A stretch of 62,951 nucleotides of DNA, counting the filler, from Salisapilia sapeloensis CBS 127946 (lineage: Eukaryota > Protista > Oomycota): assembly GCA_023334545.1 (NCBI GenBank). It is 9 parts of 9 records of this genome, joined end to end, with 100 filler letters (N's around TTAATTAATTAA, not from the genome) between each part and the next. Parts side by side here need not be neighbours in the genome. Positions count along the whole stretch, not along the records: positions 55,828 to 62,951 come from JAADVB010000529.1; 8 more parts are not named here. The stretch is one strand, 5' to 3'. Below, piece after piece: positions 59,968 through 62,951 of this stretch; positions within the stretch are counted from its first letter, which is position 1, and each line of letters starts with the position of its first letter. The notes below the pieces were generated by a model. The model was not told where the DNA came from. It was given only the letters and a program-made list of their open reading frames with translations, and ran no database searches. Made by a program: the position numbers and the translations under genes.

Positions 59968-60885
59968 TTATTCACTTTTAGAAGTCGTTCGAGCTTTCCG
60001 CTGTCGTCCATTCCGTTCTTTCGTTCCGTCCTGAAGACGATACGCTGGGAGATAAGCCCCTTGCTCCCCATCTTTCCCAGTGACCCACAGTTCTGGATTG
60101 GGCACCGTGTCATAGATATTGCCGAGAGACGTGTACCTACGCCAAGGAAGCACGTTAGATCACATGCGTGAGCAGACAGAGGATAGACTAGAGTACCCAT
60201 GGTCGTACAGATGGCAGTAGTCTAGCTGACATTCTCGCAGGAACACCCAGACGTCGTCGTACGTCCACTCTAAGATTGGATTGACACGGAAGAAGGGCGG
60301 CCAGCCGGGAGTGCTTGGCGAAAAGTGCTCCATCTCTTCCGTCCGAGGGTCTCCACCTCGAACGCCCATGTATACACCTTTAATGTTTAACCGATTGATC
60401 ATATCCTGAACGCCTTCGACGAAAGAACACTTGTACGCGTGGAACGTGAGACAGTAGTTGGTGCGACAAGACTCGATAAAGTCGCGTACTTCAGGAAATT
60501 GGTCATGCGAGTCAAAGTACATGACTGGTACCTGCTGCATCTGTTCCTGGACAGCATCAGCTAGTGCCGATTCGCTCATGACGTTTGTGCTAGGGAAGGT
60601 CAGAGGTGGGCATGTCACGACATGGCTATTGCCATTCTCTTTGCTCTTCTCTTCCTGCGCGTTGGCGAGGACCATTTTCGCTAGCAAGACTCGGATCAAA
60701 TGCAGCACGACCGTCGAGTCTTTGCCACCGTTGAAGCTAAAGCAGACGCCAGCAAGGCCTAGAATCTCGACAGTTCGATGGACTACTTCGACGGCTTTTA
60801 GAAGTCTCGCTTTACGCAATTCATCCGATTTTTCAACTAGAGCATCAAAACGATCTACGAGCTCTTTGGCAGATGTCACGGACAT
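59968..60885 (-). CDS. FAD1: FAD synthase (PAPS-reductase family FMN adenylyltransferase), 2 exons
   Basis: FSFNGGKDSTV, GVRGGDP, RVNPILEWTY..VW. The spliced tail GYTSLG...PNPEL...YLPAYRL...ERNGR completes the domain. Confidence 0.9.
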
Positions 60886-60975
60886 GATCAATTTAACGCA
60901 GAGGACTTTATGACAAGGGTGATGAGCTGCAAAGATGTCGCGCTCGCCGACTATTGTTCGCTTGACGTGTTCAGT

Positions 60976-61661
60976 TTAACTTAGGTGTGTTATATTTCGG
61001 TTAATTGTTGGAAAATGTTGCCAGTCGTAGAGGTACGATCTACTATCTGTAGCTGCATGGAGCGGTTGAAGGGTGACTGCACGAGCCATATTTTGTTGAT
61101 AGACATGTTGTCTTGTGATTGGAGCTTGGGTGGTCGTGGGATAATGCCTTGAACCAAGGTTGATGATTGAAATGGTAACTTTGGCATGGATCACTCTTTT
61201 GCTGTAGGAGGTTATCAGAAACGTCTTATTCGCGACTCTCTTTAGCGTGTAGATCGTTTCGATGGGTGAGGTAAGACTCGCATGGTCCTGTGTATTCCGT
61301 TTGCACGCATGTTTCATGGACTGTATAGCTGGGAGGATGGGATACGTCGTCGTTCAGAAAGAGAGAAATCACATTTGACCTCAGCTTCAGCACAGTATCG
61401 CGATAAGTATACGTCATGATGTGAATAGGAATTAAAGTAAGGCATTATAGTTGCCTGAGCTACGAATAACAACGAAGACATATCTGGATAGATGGATAAG
61501 TTTGATTTAGGTATGGATACCAAATGCATGGAAGAAGGCAAACTAGTGTGCACTTCTTTTTGCATGTGAAGATATGCTTCAGCTATTGCAGTAGCTCCTA
61601 TACGTCTACGTAAAGTAATTCCTGGGATCCCATGCCAGTCGCATACTATCATGCAAACCAT
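60976..61661 (-). CDS. Possible multi-exon hypothetical gene
   Basis: Overlapping minus-strand ORFs only; no family. Confidence 0.15.
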
Positions 61662-62168
61662 GATAAACAGGGTTTGGACATTTATCCTGTAGAATGGATA
61701 GACGCTTGTTTATCGATTCCGTCCACATTGACAGCATTGTGTATTGACTGTGACTTTCATAGAGCTACTTGGACGACTTGTACCCGTGGCATCGATTAAT
61801 GAAGACATATAGTTATATCACATTCTACAGACCTCCAAGGGTGAAATTGTGGGAGATGTCGGTTGCAAAATAATTCTAGCTGATTGAGAAAAGATTTTTT
61901 ATTAGGCCAGCAGCATAGTTCCTCTCTGGCAAAATTGTTATGTCGCATTCATTGAGCGGATAATCCGGTAGCATGCAAGGCATTCAAGGCAATATGAAAA
62001 CAAGCATGCAAACACTGTAACAGGAATCAGTGCCTGAGTCTTTGGCACTTCGTCCTACTCGCTCATAGCTATTCGCGTATATTATCCTTCGCTATGTCAT
62101 GTTTCCGTGGGGCATAAAGTCGACTATATCGTGGTAGATCATCGGAAATCATTCAAGTTGAAGCTTCG

Positions 62169-62318
62169 TTCGATTTACTTGCGACATTGAGCTCTTCGCC
62201 ATTTCAGTGGGACGGAGTACAGTGTGAGTCGCAAATATCGACCAACTATTTCATCTACCACTGTACTACGTCTGTTCCGAAATAAAAGCGAAGAGCCCAC
62301 TAGCGCAAGTAAATCGAA
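62169..62318. repeat. About 150-bp imperfect fold-back with perfect 15-bp outer inverted repeats
   Basis: TTCGATTTACTTGCG (62169-62183) / CGCAAGTAAATCGAA (62304-62318); GCTCTTCGC / GCGAAGAGC; AGTACAGTG / CACTGTACT; central GTCG-CAAATAT-CGAC. Confidence 0.85.
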
Positions 62319-62951
62319 GAGCTCACCAAGTCGAGCGACTGTTTTGCGCGCTTTTTCAAATTTGCACACTTCGAGCACCAGGCATGCCTTGAGGTCTTCT
62401 CCAGGATTAGTTCCGTCTGACTGCATCAAAGACGAAGCCAGAGAAAGACTTATAATATAGAGCGGCATCTCCATTGCCAGTAAAAAACACTATTTTATCC
62501 ATTTGGTATAGTGGGGGAAAGTTATATGGTAGTGTCACGTTTGGTTTCCAATGGTAAGTGGGAGAACGAAATGGGTTATTCTACCGCAGGGGTCGGAAAA
62601 TACCATTTGCTATTGCATTGTTCAGCTACAGCTACGATACCAAGTACGGCAAGCTGACGCTTTCCAACAATACATATTCCAAAATTGCAATATATCGTAA
62701 AAATCAAGTACTTTAAATTCGTATGTGAGCTCGGAGTCTGCGATCAAGTAATCACTCTTATCATTCTTGTTTCGAGTAGTATCGACTGTGACTATACAGC
62801 ATGCATATTTCCTACATGTTGCCTTTTTTGTATGATTACTCCGCGTGAATGTAAAGCACCCTGAGCTAAAGTTAATATAATATGCAGCAATAATCTTTTG
62901 TATCGACTTGTACTTCTTCCGCTCGCTTCCTGTGTACAGCTTGATTAGTCG

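Noticed and set aside
62175-62474. ORFs 62175-62474 (-) and 62224-62460 (+) as genes
   Set aside because: They overlap the fold-back on both strands and show no protein motif.

Overview
Eukaryotic nuclear DNA, most likely an oomycete. This rests on short GT-AG introns with CTAAY branch points, oomycete-type Inr/FPR core promoters, an AA17-type LPMO, a PH-START-ORD ORP1 and CBM1-like modules. The window is not contiguous: it is 9 contigs joined by eight artificial 100-bp linkers (N44-TTAATTAATTAA-N44), so adjacency across linkers is not evidence. It holds about 35 mostly housekeeping genes or fragments and one tRNA-Gln(CTG). No CRISPR array, rRNA or intact transposon was found. The most unusual signal is structural. 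Two contigs are each bounded by a perfect 141-bp inverted repeat lying inside the coding sequence of otherwise diverged paralog pairs (cystathionine beta-lyase; myotubularin), suggesting gene conversion and possibly invertible segments that swap gene halves. A third contig closes on itself through a 34-bp direct repeat to give one complete ABCB transporter unit. Other highlights are a WDR33 carrying three Mpe1/RBBP6-like zinc knuckles, an ORP1 (oxathiapiprolin target) with natural variants at resistance-linked positions, a 150-bp fold-back hairpin, and an orphan ORF resembling a degenerate PD-(D/E)XK nuclease. All calls are by eye; no searches were run.
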